64,000 bases of DNA from an uncultured Gemmatimonadaceae bacterium (GTDB lineage: Bacteria; Gemmatimonadota; Gemmatimonadetes; Gemmatimonadales; Gemmatimonadaceae). Position 1 is the stretch's first letter, and the number at the start of each line of letters is the position of its first letter. Of the stretch, positions 1-9,737 are shown piece by piece. The notes beneath the pieces are model-generated. The model ran no database searches, had not been told where the DNA came from, and was given only the letters and a program-made list of their open reading frames with translations. The translations under genes and the position numbers were made by a program. The stretch is from the NCBI GenBank assembly GCA_963761075.1, contig CAVXFN010000004.1, positions 1,192,411 through 1,256,410 on the forward strand. The letters run 5' to 3'.

Positions 1-1
1 G

Positions 2-319
2 GCCCTGGCGGCAATCGGCCGGGACATCGCCGCCCGCAACGAGCGGGTCTCGGCGCTGTACGTTTCCAACGTGGAGATGTACCTGTGGCGGGACGGCGTC
101 TTTCCCGCGTTTGCGCGCAGCGCGTCGGGCCTGCCACGCGATGCGCACTCGGTGATCGTGCGGAGCTACTTCGGCGGGGGATTCGGCCAGCGTCACCCGC
201 TCAGCACGCCGCGGAACACCAGCACCCAACTCGTCCAGAGCCTCGACGACTTCGCCGACCGCTGGCGCCGCGGTGGATGGGGCACCTACTGGGAGCTCGT
301 CAACGCCGGGAATCGTTAG
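2..319 (+). CDS. Hypothetical protein, C-terminal fragment; the gene starts upstream of the window.
   Basis: Open frame from the window edge to TAG at 317-319 with strong GC3 bias (…YVSNVEMYLWRDGVFPAF…). No family recognised. Confidence 0.4.
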   Translation, partial: ALAAIGRDIAARNERVSALYVSNVEMYLWRDGVFPAFARSASGLPRDAHSVIVRSYFGGGFGQRHPLSTPRNTSTQLVQSLDDFADRWRRGGWGTYWELVNAGNR

Positions 320-1091
320 GTTCCGGGCGGGACGCCCGGTCCGCGGTTGCGCGGTCCGCGGTCACGCGGTCGGCGGTTTCGGCAGGACGCGCGTGGTGTC
401 CACCACGCGGAAGCGAGAACGGCTGCTCGACGAGCTGCGCCACCGGCCGATTGGCGACATAGGCGGGCCGGAATCGCATCAGCGGGATCGCGTGGCGCAC
501 CGCATTCGCGAACTCGGCGTGGCTTGCATAGAGCACGCGCAGGGACGCACTGTCGGGACGGCCGGTCGCATCCACGATGTATTGCACCAGGACCGAGCCT
601 TCCACGCGGCGTGCGAGCAGCGCCGGCGGATACGCTGGTGCGGCGCTGCCCGGATATCGCATCACCGTGCTGTCGACCTCCAGCTCGGTGAGGATCGAGT
701 CACCCGGGGTGATCGGTGCCTGTGGCGCAGGCGGCTTGTCGTCCGCCTGGATTTCCGTCTCCTCCCCCTTGGCCAGCACCACCGTCAGGCGCTGTTCGTC
801 CGCGTGGGGGGGCGACGCCGCTTCCCGGAATCCGAGCCCGGCTCCGGCATCGACCGTGAGCCAGGCGACGTGTTCCTCGTGCGGGCGCATGCCGACACGC
901 TTCTCCTCGGGCACGAGATATTCCACCGGAAAGAAGTCGCGGGCCGCGGGTTGGGTCGGTGCGACACGATGCGTCAGCACCACCGCCGCGCCCAGCAGCG
1001 CCGCGTGCGCCGCGAAGCTCACAGCGCCACTCCGCGTGGCAGAACGCCCAGCGGCGCCACGTTGCGATTCGAGCAGTCGGCGAAACAGCAT
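300..1091 (-). CDS. TonB family energy-transducer protein: N-terminal TM anchor, Pro-rich linker, TonB C-terminal domain.
   Basis: N-terminal hydrophobic anchor (VSFAAHAALLGAAVVLTH), Pro/Ala-rich spacer, and a C-terminal block EGSVLVQYIVDATGRPD…SLRVL typical of TonB_C. Confidence 0.6.
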   Translation of the reverse strand: MLFRRLLESQRGAAGRSATRSGAVSFAAHAALLGAAVVLTHRVAPTQPAARDFFPVEYLVPEEKRVGMRPHEEHVAWLTVDAGAGLGFREAASPPHADEQRLTVVLAKGEETEIQADDKPPAPQAPITPGDSILTELEVDSTVMRYPGSAAPAYPPALLARRVEGSVLVQYIVDATGRPDSASLRVLYASHAEFANAVRHAIPLMRFRPAYVANRPVAQLVEQPFSLPRGGHHARPAETADRVTADRATADRASRPEPNDSRR

Positions 1092-1286
1092 GCGCGCTCT
1101 TCCCGGATGCGGACGCGCCTGGCGTCAGGCGCTGTCCTCGCAGTATGGGCACCGCCGGCTGGGGCGGCAAGCGCTCCGGGGACGAGGTGAGCGGCATCGC
1201 CCGCGACAAGGCTCCCCCGTGACGCAGGCCGTGTTGATGGTCCGTCGGCACGCCCCGCAGGCCGTGCCGGGCCGACGCGACTGCTG

Positions 1287-1790
1287 CTAGCTGTTCACCA
1301 GCGGGACGCGCGCGCGCCCCGCCCGCGTTTCGCGATGTGCGACCGGGATCCGGAAGGCGCGCAGCGCCAGGGCCACCAGCAGCACCACCGTCGCAAGGTA
1401 CTTCACAATCGCGCGCACCGAGGCAATGCCGAACTCGGCGCGCCGAGTCTCAGGCACCGATGCCCGCAACTGGAGGCTGTCGAGCACGAAGCCCGCCATC
1501 AACGCCAGCAGCACGAGCGCCGCCACCAGGTTCAGTACTGCGATGACCCGCTGTGCCACGCCGTGACCCCGGATCGCCGCCACCGTGATGGCGACGACGA
1601 TGCCGATCAGCGGTGTCAGGAGATAGCCGGAGAACAACCCGACCGTCGCGAATCGCCATTGCACGCTCGTCGGCTGGAAGGAGCCGACGTTCTGCACGAA
1701 GTCGACGAGTGGCAGCGCCACCAGAAGCAGCGCGAACAGGTAGAACGGCGCCGCGAGCGCTTCGTCGGGGTCGAGCGGGGTACGGGCCAT
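1287..1790 (-). CDS. Hypothetical integral membrane protein (~4 TM).
   Basis: ATG at 1790; several long hydrophobic helices; GC3 bias. Confidence 0.5.
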   Translation of the reverse strand: MARTPLDPDEALAAPFYLFALLLVALPLVDFVQNVGSFQPTSVQWRFATVGLFSGYLLTPLIGIVVAITVAAIRGHGVAQRVIAVLNLVAALVLLALMAGFVLDSLQLRASVPETRRAEFGIASVRAIVKYLATVVLLVALALRAFRIPVAHRETRAGRARVPLVNS

Positions 1791-1904
1791 GTCGCGCGAA
1801 TGCCTCGAGTGAGTCGGCCGGTGTAAGACGAGTCACATCTAGCGCCATAACGACGCGCGCGCCATCCGCAACGCGGGAATCCGGCGTCGGCTGCAGCCGC
1901 ACGA

Positions 1905-1930
1905 GAAACGGGCCGGGTGCAGAGCACCCG
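1905..1930 (-). terminator. Candidate intrinsic terminator downstream of the patatin gene: 11-bp perfect GC stem.
   Basis: gggccgggtgc-aga-gcacccggccc palindrome in the 526-bp gap; on the minus strand it is followed by GTTTCTCG. Confidence 0.35.
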
Positions 1931-2316
1931 GCCCGTTGTCACGCTACGCGGAAAGGGGGGACGCGCAGCGCGCTCGAAGTTGTGCTCGCCGAACCCGGCC
2001 CCGGATTGCTCCGGCACAATGCGGAGAGCGGGCGGGCTACCGCATGCTTAAGCCGGGCCGGCGTGCTGACCGCGGTACTACGCACTGTCCGTGCCCGGAC
2101 GCGGCCTGAAGCGATGGACGGGCCAGTCCCGCCTCCATGCAGCCGTGTAAGTGACTACACAGCAGTCAGTTGCGAGGTTGGATGCGAATACCTGTTGGTG
2201 CTGTTTGTGACCGACGCCACGTCCGATGCGTTGCGGACCTGAAGCCGCGATGTGAGCAGCCTCGTTGCAGCGTCGCCACAGCAACCACCGTCGGGGCCTG
2301 TCACCGCCGGCAGCCC

Positions 2317-3522
2317 TCAGGAGACCGGACTCGGCTCCCTCTCGAGAAACGCGGCAATGCGCTCGTGCTGGCGTTCGGCGTCGGCCTCCCCGAGCTCCAC
2401 CAGGCGGCGCAGGTAGTCCGCCTGGAACAGTACGAGGCTGAGGATGTCGGGACTTGCGGTGCGGAGCGTGCCGAGGCCACGGGTGAGATACCGAAAGACG
2501 CGCGGGAGTCTGGGTTCAAACTCGCGTGCCAGGCGGCCGAGGTCGCGCGAGGGGCGCATCACGAAGATGTCGACGATACGCATCCCCTCGCGCTCTCCCG
2601 GCGGGAGGTCCTCCAGCAACCGGTTGATCCGGCGAAGTCGCTGGATGTCCTCATCGATCAGGTCGAGGAAGACCGAGTTGTACAGGACGCTCAGGACCTG
2701 CGCCGGCGGAGGATACCCGTCCGTGAGCGGGCGATCCGCCTCCTCGCGCGACCGGAGGTAGCGCGTCGCGACAGTGAGGATCCGGGTGGCGCCGAGGTGC
2801 AGTGCGGGCGACAGCGGCGCGGTGAGTCGCACGCCGCCGTCACCGAACCACTCGGTGCCCACACGAACGGCCGGAAAGAGCATCGGCAGGGCCGCGGACG
2901 CCATGATGTGCTCCACCGTGAGCCGCGTGAGCTCACTCCGTCGCTGCGGCCGCTGCCAGAGCGTGACGTCGCGTCCCTGCACCCACGTCACCGACTGCCC
3001 CGTCGTGTAGCTGGTGGCCGAAAGGGCCACGGCGTGCAACCGCCCGAGCTCCAGGTTGCGCCGGACGCCGGGAAACGTGCCGTCCTCGTCGCGGTCGATG
3101 ACGGTCCCGAGGAACTTCCGGAGCGGCTCGGTGTCGACCAGGCCGCGTGTCGGCTCGCCACGGCTGGCACCCCCCGAAACCAGCCGACCGCCCCAGCGCG
3201 CCACATTGCGGAGGAGCGGCAGTGCGTCCACGTCGTAGACCTTTTCCGGCGACAGGCTGAGCCAGAGCCTGACGAGCTGCTCGGTGGAGTGCGGCAGTGG
3301 CCCGGGATGCGCGGCCAGGTGGGCGGTGTTGACCGCTCCCGCGGAGATACCGGTGTAGATCCGGAAGGCCAGGTCGGGAAAGCGCCGCGCGATTCCCCGG
3401 AGGACGCCGGCCTGGTAGGCGCCGCGGGCGCCACCGCCGCCGAGCATCAGGGCCAGGCAATCGTTAGGTCGCGGCGCGGCGGTCACACCGTCGGATTTCG
3501 TCGCGGAGGCTGGCGGCGTCAT
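2317..3522 (-). CDS. Patatin-like phospholipase.
   Basis: Oxyanion-hole motif LGGGGARGAYQAG and nucleophile elbow GISAGA (GxSxG). Start moved to the internal ATG at 3522 (MTPPASATK…); the long N-terminal extension is Arg-rich junk. Confidence 0.8.
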   Translation of the reverse strand: MTPPASATKSDGVTAAPRPNDCLALMLGGGGARGAYQAGVLRGIARRFPDLAFRIYTGISAGAVNTAHLAAHPGPLPHSTEQLVRLWLSLSPEKVYDVDALPLLRNVARWGGRLVSGGASRGEPTRGLVDTEPLRKFLGTVIDRDEDGTFPGVRRNLELGRLHAVALSATSYTTGQSVTWVQGRDVTLWQRPQRRSELTRLTVEHIMASAALPMLFPAVRVGTEWFGDGGVRLTAPLSPALHLGATRILTVATRYLRSREEADRPLTDGYPPPAQVLSVLYNSVFLDLIDEDIQRLRRINRLLEDLPPGEREGMRIVDIFVMRPSRDLGRLAREFEPRLPRVFRYLTRGLGTLRTASPDILSLVLFQADYLRRLVELGEADAERQHERIAAFLEREPSPVS

Positions 3523-3643
3523 GCGGAATCTGCGAGGGGAGGCGCCGTGGCGGGCCCTGCCCAATGCAACCCGCCGCGCCGCCGACCGGCAAGGCCCACG
3601 GTGTCGGTGACCGCCGTGGCCGGTCTGCTGCCGCGTGTCATGG

Positions 3644-4627
3644 TCACGGAACCAGCACGGCGGCTCCCTGAAAACGACCGTGACGCAGGTCGTCGAGGGC
3701 GCGATTCGCGTCGTCGAGCGGGTAGCGGTGCACGACGGTCCGGACGGAAACCCGGCCGGCGGTCTCCATGAACTCCCGCGCATCGCTCCGGGTGAGATTG
3801 GCCACCGAGCGCACGACCCGCTCGCCCCACAACAGGTCATACGAAAACGCCGGGATCTCGCTCATGTGAATCCCGGCGCACACCACGACGCCCGCCGGAC
3901 GGATCGCAGCGAGTGCGGTCGGCACGAGCGCGCCCACGGCTGCAAAGATGATGGCGGCGTCGAGGGGCCTGGGCGACCGCTCGTCCGACCCTCCCGCCCA
4001 CGCGGCCCCCAGCTGGCGCGCGAAGCGCTGCGCTGCCACGTCCCCGGGGCGTGTGAAGGCGAACACTTCGCGCCCCTCGGCGGCGGCGACCTGTGCCAGG
4101 ATGTGTGCCGCCGCGCCGAAGCCGTACAGCCCAAGATGCTTCGCGTCGCCGGCGGCGCGATACGCACGGTAGCCGATGAGCCCCGCGCACAGGAGCGGCG
4201 CGAGCGCGGCGTCGTCGGCGCCTGCCGGCAGCGGCACGCAGTAGCGCGCATCGGCAACACTGTACTCGGCGAATCCGCCGTCGATGTCGTAACCCGTGAA
4301 GCGGGCCCGTTCGCAGAGATTCTCGCGGCCGGCGCGACACCACTCGCACGTGCCGCAAGTCCACCCGAGCCACGGCACGCCCACCCGATCGCCAATGCCG
4401 GGAGCGTCCACGTCGCGTCCGACGGCTTCCACGGTGCCGACGATCTCGTGTCCCGGAATGAGCGGGAGCCTCGGGTGCGCGAGCTCCCCGTCGAGCACGT
4501 GGAGGTCGGTGCGGCAGACGCCACAGGCGCTGACGCGCAGCAGCACCTCGCCGGCTTCGGGCACCGGGACGTCGACCTGCGACAACCGCAAGGGAGTCCG
4601 GGCCTTTTCGAGCAGCATGGCCCGCAT
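3644..4627 (-). CDS. Zinc-dependent alcohol dehydrogenase (MDR superfamily).
   Basis: GHEIVGTVEAVG catalytic-zinc motif, structural-zinc cysteines CGTCEWC, Rossmann GFGAAAH. Start taken at MRAMLLEK (4627). Confidence 0.85.
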   Translation of the reverse strand: MRAMLLEKARTPLRLSQVDVPVPEAGEVLLRVSACGVCRTDLHVLDGELAHPRLPLIPGHEIVGTVEAVGRDVDAPGIGDRVGVPWLGWTCGTCEWCRAGRENLCERARFTGYDIDGGFAEYSVADARYCVPLPAGADDAALAPLLCAGLIGYRAYRAAGDAKHLGLYGFGAAAHILAQVAAAEGREVFAFTRPGDVAAQRFARQLGAAWAGGSDERSPRPLDAAIIFAAVGALVPTALAAIRPAGVVVCAGIHMSEIPAFSYDLLWGERVVRSVANLTRSDAREFMETAGRVSVRTVVHRYPLDDANRALDDLRHGRFQGAAVLVP

Positions 4628-4659
4628 CCGGACCGGTCGCCGGGTCACATGCGTAACCC

Positions 4660-5514
4660 TCAGCGACCCTGCGAGAGGAACTCGATGAGCGGCGTTCGGC
4701 TGGGCTTGATGTCGCCCTGCTCGAGCCGGTCGAGCACCTGCTCGATGGCGAGCTGTCCGCGCGACACGCGACGTCGTTGGGCCGCTGCGATCGCCGCGCT
4801 GAGAGCGCCGCCGGTGAGGGCGGATGCCAGACCGATCGCACCACCTATCACCAGGCCGGCGACTTCCGGCGCCAGCGACGCGAAGGCGGCGATCCCGGCG
4901 CCGCCGGCAAGCCCGGCGCCCGCCGTTACCACGCCCCATCGCACGCTCCGTCGCCGACTCTGCGAGAAATCGGCGTTGATCCGTACGAGTACCCGGTCGG
5001 TGTCCACGGCGACCGCGGTGGCTCCCACTTCGCTCGCGGTCGTCAGCGCGTAAGGGCGCCCGCGGAGGTTGAACCCGGCCTGGATGCTGCCAAGGAAGTC
5101 GCTGCGGGCTTCCCAGGTCAGCCGCTCGGCGTAGCGCCGTCGTGGGCGCAGCAACTCCTCCCGTTGCATCCACTGATCGATGAGGCCGAGGACGCTCTCC
5201 GGCGTGCCGCGTACGACGCGCGAGGCACTCACGGCGGTGGGCCCGAACCAGGAGCCCCGTGCACCCGGCTCGGATGGCAAGGCCACCCTCGTGCGCTCCT
5301 CCGCGAGCGCCTGCCGGATGTGCTCGGCCGAGATGCCGACTTCGTCGCCGAGCGAGACCAGCTGCGCGTCGGAGAGCCCCTCCGGAGACTCCGCGCTCAG
5401 CGACTGCAGTTCCGTCGCGCGCGCCAGCACCCGCTCGATCGCCGCGCGGTCGAGCGGCGCCGGCAGTTCGGACTGCGATGACGGTGCAGGAGGGCGAGGG
5501 GTGTCGTCAGGCAT
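4660..5514 (-). CDS. Hypothetical membrane-anchored protein with a soluble N-domain and a C-terminal Gly/Ala-rich 2-TM hairpin.
   Basis: 284-aa ORF with GC3 bias; C-terminal GVVTAGAGLAGGAGIAAFASL…VIGGAIGLASALTGGALSAAIAAA. No known family. Confidence 0.5.
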   Translation of the reverse strand: MPDDTPRPPAPSSQSELPAPLDRAAIERVLARATELQSLSAESPEGLSDAQLVSLGDEVGISAEHIRQALAEERTRVALPSEPGARGSWFGPTAVSASRVVRGTPESVLGLIDQWMQREELLRPRRRYAERLTWEARSDFLGSIQAGFNLRGRPYALTTASEVGATAVAVDTDRVLVRINADFSQSRRRSVRWGVVTAGAGLAGGAGIAAFASLAPEVAGLVIGGAIGLASALTGGALSAAIAAAQRRRVSRGQLAIEQVLDRLEQGDIKPSRTPLIEFLSQGR

Positions 5515-5522
5515 TCAGCGCG

Positions 5523-6665
5523 TCAGGTGCCGCCCAGAATAATATCAATCTGGCGCTCCAGCGCGTCCCGCAGGTGATCGGAAAGGGGAAACGTCTCCGC
5601 GAATGATGTCTCGACGCCTGCCGCCGGCGACCTCGCCTTCGCCAGCGAGAGGTAGTAGCGGATGTAGGGCTCACGGCGCTCGGGAAGCACGCGTCTCAGG
5701 AGCATCGCTCCCGCGCGCACCGTCGCGAGGCTCGCGTCGCGGTCGGACTCGCCGCTGCGGCGCTGCGCGGGGGTGGAATTGTCCGTCACGACCGCTGACG
5801 CCACCGGGCCGACAATCTCGTGCACGAAGGCGAAGAGGGCGTCATCGGCCGACGCCAGGTCGGCCGGAAACCCGACAGCCACGATCGTTCGCTCCCCGGA
5901 CCGGGCCAGCGTTCTGCCCTCGCCGGCAAGGGGCAGCGCGAGAATCAGGTCGCCGCGGCGAAGCCGGGCATGCTCGAGAAACGGCGACAGGCCGGCGAGG
6001 TCGCGCGAGCGCCAGACGCCGTCGATTGCCGTGAGCACGTCCGCACGCGCCTTCTGCTCCCGCATCCAGTACGCCGCGAAGAACTTCTCCCGCTCGTCCT
6101 CGAGCGACTCGATGTAGAGGCGAAGCCACTCGCGATCGGGGCCGGTCGGGAAGTATGTCGCGAATGTGGCCACGGTGGAAACGCTCGCGCGATCGCGCGC
6201 CGCGCGGGTGTTCCCGTTGGTGTTGAGGAACAGCGTCGCGCCCTGCCGCAACGAGTCCCAGGTGGGGAAGTAGAGGGCGAGGAATTGCGCCGACAGCAGG
6301 CGAGGGTTCGTCGTCAGGCGGTCGCGCAGGCGATCGAAATTCGTGTCGAACAGCGTGTGCACGCCCACGCGCTGTCGCTCGAGGCGGAGCGCCGCATCGT
6401 ACCCCGGCCGGTAGTATGGCACCAGGGACGAATCCGGCTGGAGCATCGCGAACCCGTGCAGCCAGAGGTCGACGTGCTCCCGCACCCGGATCGGCCACGC
6501 GCTCGCGGGCAGCACGCCGTCTTCCGGCGTCGCCGGAATCGCGACGACAGTGGTCTGCGAGTGCATCGCGCACGCCGCGGTGAGCGCCACCGCGCACAGG
6601 GCGGCAAAGCGTCGCCAGTGACGGAAAGGACGGTCCAGGTTGCGGCGGGCGGGCGGGATCGGCAC
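5523..6665 (-). CDS. Hypothetical lipoprotein.
   Basis: Signal peptide with lipobox ALTAAC at the N-terminus; 380 aa; no recognised catalytic motif. Confidence 0.5.
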   Translation of the reverse strand: MPIPPARRNLDRPFRHWRRFAALCAVALTAACAMHSQTTVVAIPATPEDGVLPASAWPIRVREHVDLWLHGFAMLQPDSSLVPYYRPGYDAALRLERQRVGVHTLFDTNFDRLRDRLTTNPRLLSAQFLALYFPTWDSLRQGATLFLNTNGNTRAARDRASVSTVATFATYFPTGPDREWLRLYIESLEDEREKFFAAYWMREQKARADVLTAIDGVWRSRDLAGLSPFLEHARLRRGDLILALPLAGEGRTLARSGERTIVAVGFPADLASADDALFAFVHEIVGPVASAVVTDNSTPAQRRSGESDRDASLATVRAGAMLLRRVLPERREPYIRYYLSLAKARSPAAGVETSFAETFPLSDHLRDALERQIDIILGGT

Positions 6666-6741
6666 GCGAAGGTCACCGGGTCGTGGCGCGTCGTGCTACC
6701 CGCCGCGCGCACCAGCGTTCACCGGATTGGCAAAGTATCCG

Positions 6742-7482
6742 TCAGTCGACCTGACGACCGCACGTCACGCAGAATCGCCACTCGCTCTCGAGCTCCGCGC
6801 TGCATGCCGGGCACTGCTTGACAGAGAGGTTCTGTCCGCAATGAGGACAGAAGTTCACCTCACGACCGTCGGGCAGTTCGCCTCCGCAATAGCGGCATCC
6901 GGCGGGCGTCGATTGCACGGCGGTGCGCTCGGTCCGGTGGGCCGGCTCCCGACGCTCCAGTGGGCGCGAGCGGGTTTGAGGCTCTTTCGCCTGGGTTGGA
7001 GCCGGCGCTGGCACGCGAGTCGCTTGGGAGGGGACGGCGACCTCCTCTGTCTCGCGGGAGGCGAGCTGCGCCTGCGAGGGCGCCGCGCTCCGTTCCGCGG
7101 GTCCCGGCGTCCCCGGTCCCGATGCGGTGCGCGCCAGCGGCTGGACGTCGAGCGCGCGCAGGGCGTCCGCCGACAGTGCCACCGGTGACGTGGCGAACGT
7201 GCGGAAGGCCGTCAGGTCGGGATTCGGCGACTCCAGTTCGCTGCGGAGCGTCCGCTGCATTTCCTCATCGCCCGTGAGCAGCCCGCGTGCGCCGGAAAGG
7301 AGCTGCATGACGGCGAGCTCGTATTCCTCGTTGGAGTCGAGTTCCAGCTCCCTTCGATTCAGTCGATAGGGCACGAGCTGCTGGTAGATCTGTGCCACCT
7401 CGAAGGGCCGCGTGAGCAACTCCGGAAACCCGGTCCGGATATTCTGCACGAGGCGTCTGTAGAGGCGATCGAGTTCGTCCAT
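6742..7482 (-). CDS. Double zinc-ribbon domain protein.
   Basis: C-terminal CRYCGGE…CPHCGQ…CPACSAE…CVTCG (two CxxC…CxxC ribbons) after a helical N-domain and a Pro/Ala-rich linker. Confidence 0.5.
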   Translation of the reverse strand: MDELDRLYRRLVQNIRTGFPELLTRPFEVAQIYQQLVPYRLNRRELELDSNEEYELAVMQLLSGARGLLTGDEEMQRTLRSELESPNPDLTAFRTFATSPVALSADALRALDVQPLARTASGPGTPGPAERSAAPSQAQLASRETEEVAVPSQATRVPAPAPTQAKEPQTRSRPLERREPAHRTERTAVQSTPAGCRYCGGELPDGREVNFCPHCGQNLSVKQCPACSAELESEWRFCVTCGRQVD

Positions 7483-7492
7483 CGTGGTTTCG

Positions 7493-7675
7493 TCAGTCCT
7501 TCTCGAGTCGGCGCATCATCGCGTCCACGTCGTTGGCGTCGCGGTCACGGGTGGTCCCGGCGACATGTTCAACCATGCGGTGAATCACGTCATCAGCGTG
7601 CGTGCGAGCGTCCTTGAAGCCCACGAAGTACCCGATGGCAATGCCAACGGCCAGGGGAATGATTGCATTTCGCAC
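7493..7675 (-). CDS. Small hypothetical membrane protein (60 aa, 1 TM).
   Basis: Short ORF with a TM segment (IIPLAVGIAIGYFVGF) in the gap between the zinc-ribbon gene and rnhA. Confidence 0.3.
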   Translation of the reverse strand: MRNAIIPLAVGIAIGYFVGFKDARTHADDVIHRMVEHVAGTTRDRDANDVDAMMRRLEKD

Positions 7676-7705
7676 GGCGGTCGCCTCGCGACAGGGGGAT
7701 CCTGG

Positions 7706-8332
7706 TCAGGGACTGACCGGCGAGTGACCGGGTAACGCCGGGGACGCCCTGAAGGTGTCCGCTTCGGGGAAGGCCTCGAGGTCCGCCCGGCTCCCCTTGG
7801 CCCGGAACGCGCCGAGCCAGTCATCGAAACCCGACTCAGTCAAGCCTCTCGAATTGTCGAGGCTGCCCGCTGCTCGCGTGGCGAGGTGATTGGCGTATTC
7901 GTTCTGCGCGTGTCCGGCGTGGCCGCGCACCCACCGCCACTCGACTCGGTGCGGTGCGGCGGCTGCCATCGCACGTTGCCAGAGCTCGAGGTTCTCGATC
8001 TCGCCGTGCTTGCGACGCCATCCGCGACGCGCCCAGTCGTGCACCCACCGCGTCATGCCGTCCACGAGATAGCGCGAATCGGTCGTGAAGCGCACCCGGC
8101 AGTGACGTCCCTTCGCGGAAAGCGCCGCGAAGGCCTCGATGACCGATTGCAACGCCATCCGGTTGTTCGTCGTCGCAGGCTCCGACACCCACAAGTCCCG
8201 GCGCACCAGCTCGCCCGAGTCCCGACGGAACTCGACAAGCACGCCTGCCCCGCCGGGGTTCTCGCCCTCCTGCCCGTTGCCAAGGCATGACTCATCGGCG
8301 AAGACCGCTATGAGGGGCGAGGTCGTCACCAC
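7706..8332 (-). CDS. rnhA: Ribonuclease HI.
   Basis: FADESCLGNGQ…GGAGVLVE…TDSRYLVDGMTRWVHDW…NEYANHLA, the RNase H DEDD-type motifs. GTG start at 8332. The 520-aa ORF 7706..9268 is run-through. Confidence 0.8.
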   Translation of the reverse strand: MVTTSPLIAVFADESCLGNGQEGENPGGAGVLVEFRRDSGELVRRDLWVSEPATTNNRMALQSVIEAFAALSAKGRHCRVRFTTDSRYLVDGMTRWVHDWARRGWRRKHGEIENLELWQRAMAAAAPHRVEWRWVRGHAGHAQNEYANHLATRAAGSLDNSRGLTESGFDDWLGAFRAKGSRADLEAFPEADTFRASPALPGHSPVSP

Positions 8333-8547
8333 GGCACGACCTCGAAGGCCTCCACCTCGTCGAGTCCGATGACGATCGGGTCGCCGGTCACCGGGTGGCG
8401 GGCCTCGATCGCCTCGCCGCCGGCGCGCATGAAGAGGCGCAGCGGAACGACGACGATTTCCCTGCGCTGTCGCCGGATGGCGATTCGCCGGTGCTCCACA
8501 ATTGCGCGTTCCAGCGCGTCGTATTCGCCGGGCCGCAACGTCGCCAT
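8326..8547 (-). CDS. Small hypothetical protein (73 aa), translationally coupled between the M20 peptidase and rnhA.
   Basis: ATG at 8547 overlaps the TGA of the upstream gene (TGATG); its 3' end overlaps the rnhA GTG start. Confidence 0.35.
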   Translation of the reverse strand: MATLRPGEYDALERAIVEHRRIAIRRQRREIVVVPLRLFMRAGGEAIEARHPVTGDPIVIGLDEVEAFEVVPW

Positions 8548-9722
8548 CAGCTGTTCCCGCACCAGCTGCGCGCCACGCCGGCCAGTACGGCTGCGGCCCG
8601 TTCGATCTCACCCGGATCGACCCACTCCTCGGCGGAGTGCGCCAAGGTGATGTCGCCCGGTCCGAAGCAGATGGCGGGGATTCCTGCCTCGTTGAGCAGG
8701 GCCGCATCCGTCCACGCCGAGAGTCCCTCCACGGGAGCCGGCTCCGCGCACGACAGGAGTGCGCGGTGAAGGCATCGCACAACCGGGGCGTCGACCGCCA
8801 CATCGCTCGGCATCTGCGAAAAGACGTGCCGCACCGAGGCCTCGAAGCCTGGAACCCGCGCGCGCACACGAGCGCAGGCGCGTTCAATCTCACGTACTGC
8901 CTCGTCGCGGTCCTCCCCAGGCAGCGTGCGCCGTTCGAGACGGAGCGTGCAGGCGTCCGGGTAGGTCGACCAGCCGAGCCCTCCCTCGATCGTGGACGCG
9001 TGCATGGAGGCGTGGCCGAGCAGCGGATGCTCCCTCCGCGCCAGCTCGCGCCGCTGCCAGTCATCGAGCTCGGCCAGCAGCAGTCCCGCGTGCGTGACGG
9101 CGTCGACGCCCAGGTCGTAGCGGCTGCCATGCGCTGCCCGGCCGTGCAGCAGGACCTCGGTCCAGACGAAGCCGCGGTGCGCTGGAACGATCGCGAGCCG
9201 CGTCGGTTCGGTGACGATCGCTGCGTCAGCGCGCACACCACTGGCGACGAGGGTCCGGGTGCCGACACTCTCGAACTCCTCGTCGACGACCGCAGCGACT
9301 ATCAGCTCGCCGACGATTCCTTCCCGGGCCGCACGCCACGCGGCGCAGCACATCGCGGCGACTCCACCCTTCATGTCGGCAGCGCCCCGCCCGTAGAGCC
9401 GGCCGTCTACGATCTGCGCGTCGAAAGGCTCGTGCACCATGCCATCCACGCCCACCACGTCGAGATGACCGTTGAACATGAGCGAGGGCGCGCCCTGCCG
9501 ACCCGCGCCGATACGGGCCACGACGTTCGGTCGCCCCGGCGAGGTCTCCTGAAGCGTCACGCGGAATCCCCAGCGGTCGAGGAGTTCGCCGAGAAATGCC
9601 GTGATGTCGCCTTCTCCCGGGGCATCAGGCACCAGTCGAGGATTCCTCGAGTCGATCGCGACGAGCGCCCTGGTGAGGGCGACTGCGTCTCCGGGGGCGA
9701 TGCTCATCGGGGTCGAGGTCAC
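8547..9722 (-). CDS. M20 family metallopeptidase (ArgE/DapE-type deacylase).
   Basis: LVAIDSRNP, GHLDVV, GRGAADMKGG and EEFESVG metal-binding blocks. GTG at 9722; alternative ATG at 9707. Confidence 0.85.
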   Translation of the reverse strand: MTSTPMSIAPGDAVALTRALVAIDSRNPRLVPDAPGEGDITAFLGELLDRWGFRVTLQETSPGRPNVVARIGAGRQGAPSLMFNGHLDVVGVDGMVHEPFDAQIVDGRLYGRGAADMKGGVAAMCCAAWRAAREGIVGELIVAAVVDEEFESVGTRTLVASGVRADAAIVTEPTRLAIVPAHRGFVWTEVLLHGRAAHGSRYDLGVDAVTHAGLLLAELDDWQRRELARREHPLLGHASMHASTIEGGLGWSTYPDACTLRLERRTLPGEDRDEAVREIERACARVRARVPGFEASVRHVFSQMPSDVAVDAPVVRCLHRALLSCAEPAPVEGLSAWTDAALLNEAGIPAICFGPGDITLAHSAEEWVDPGEIERAAAVLAGVARSWCGNS

Positions 9723-9737
9723 GAAGTCGAACGGATT

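Noticed and set aside
1613-2242. ORFs of 209 aa (+) and 133 aa (-) inside the 526-bp gap between the membrane-protein and patatin genes.
   Set aside because: No coding periodicity or motifs, Arg-rich. The gap more plausibly holds a terminator hairpin (1905..1930) and a promoter.
3635-5053. A 472-aa plus-strand ORF and several other long ORFs antisense to the ADH and hypothetical genes.
   Set aside because: Typical high-GC shadow ORFs: Arg/Ala/Pro-rich low-complexity translation with no motifs. The opposite strand carries unambiguous Zn-ADH motifs.
7706-9268. A 520-aa ORF spanning rnhA and upstream sequence as a single gene.
   Set aside because: Only the last 208 codons match RNase HI. The upstream part is Arg/Ser-rich junk, antisense to the M20 peptidase. 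A GTG at 8332 gives the conserved rnhA length.
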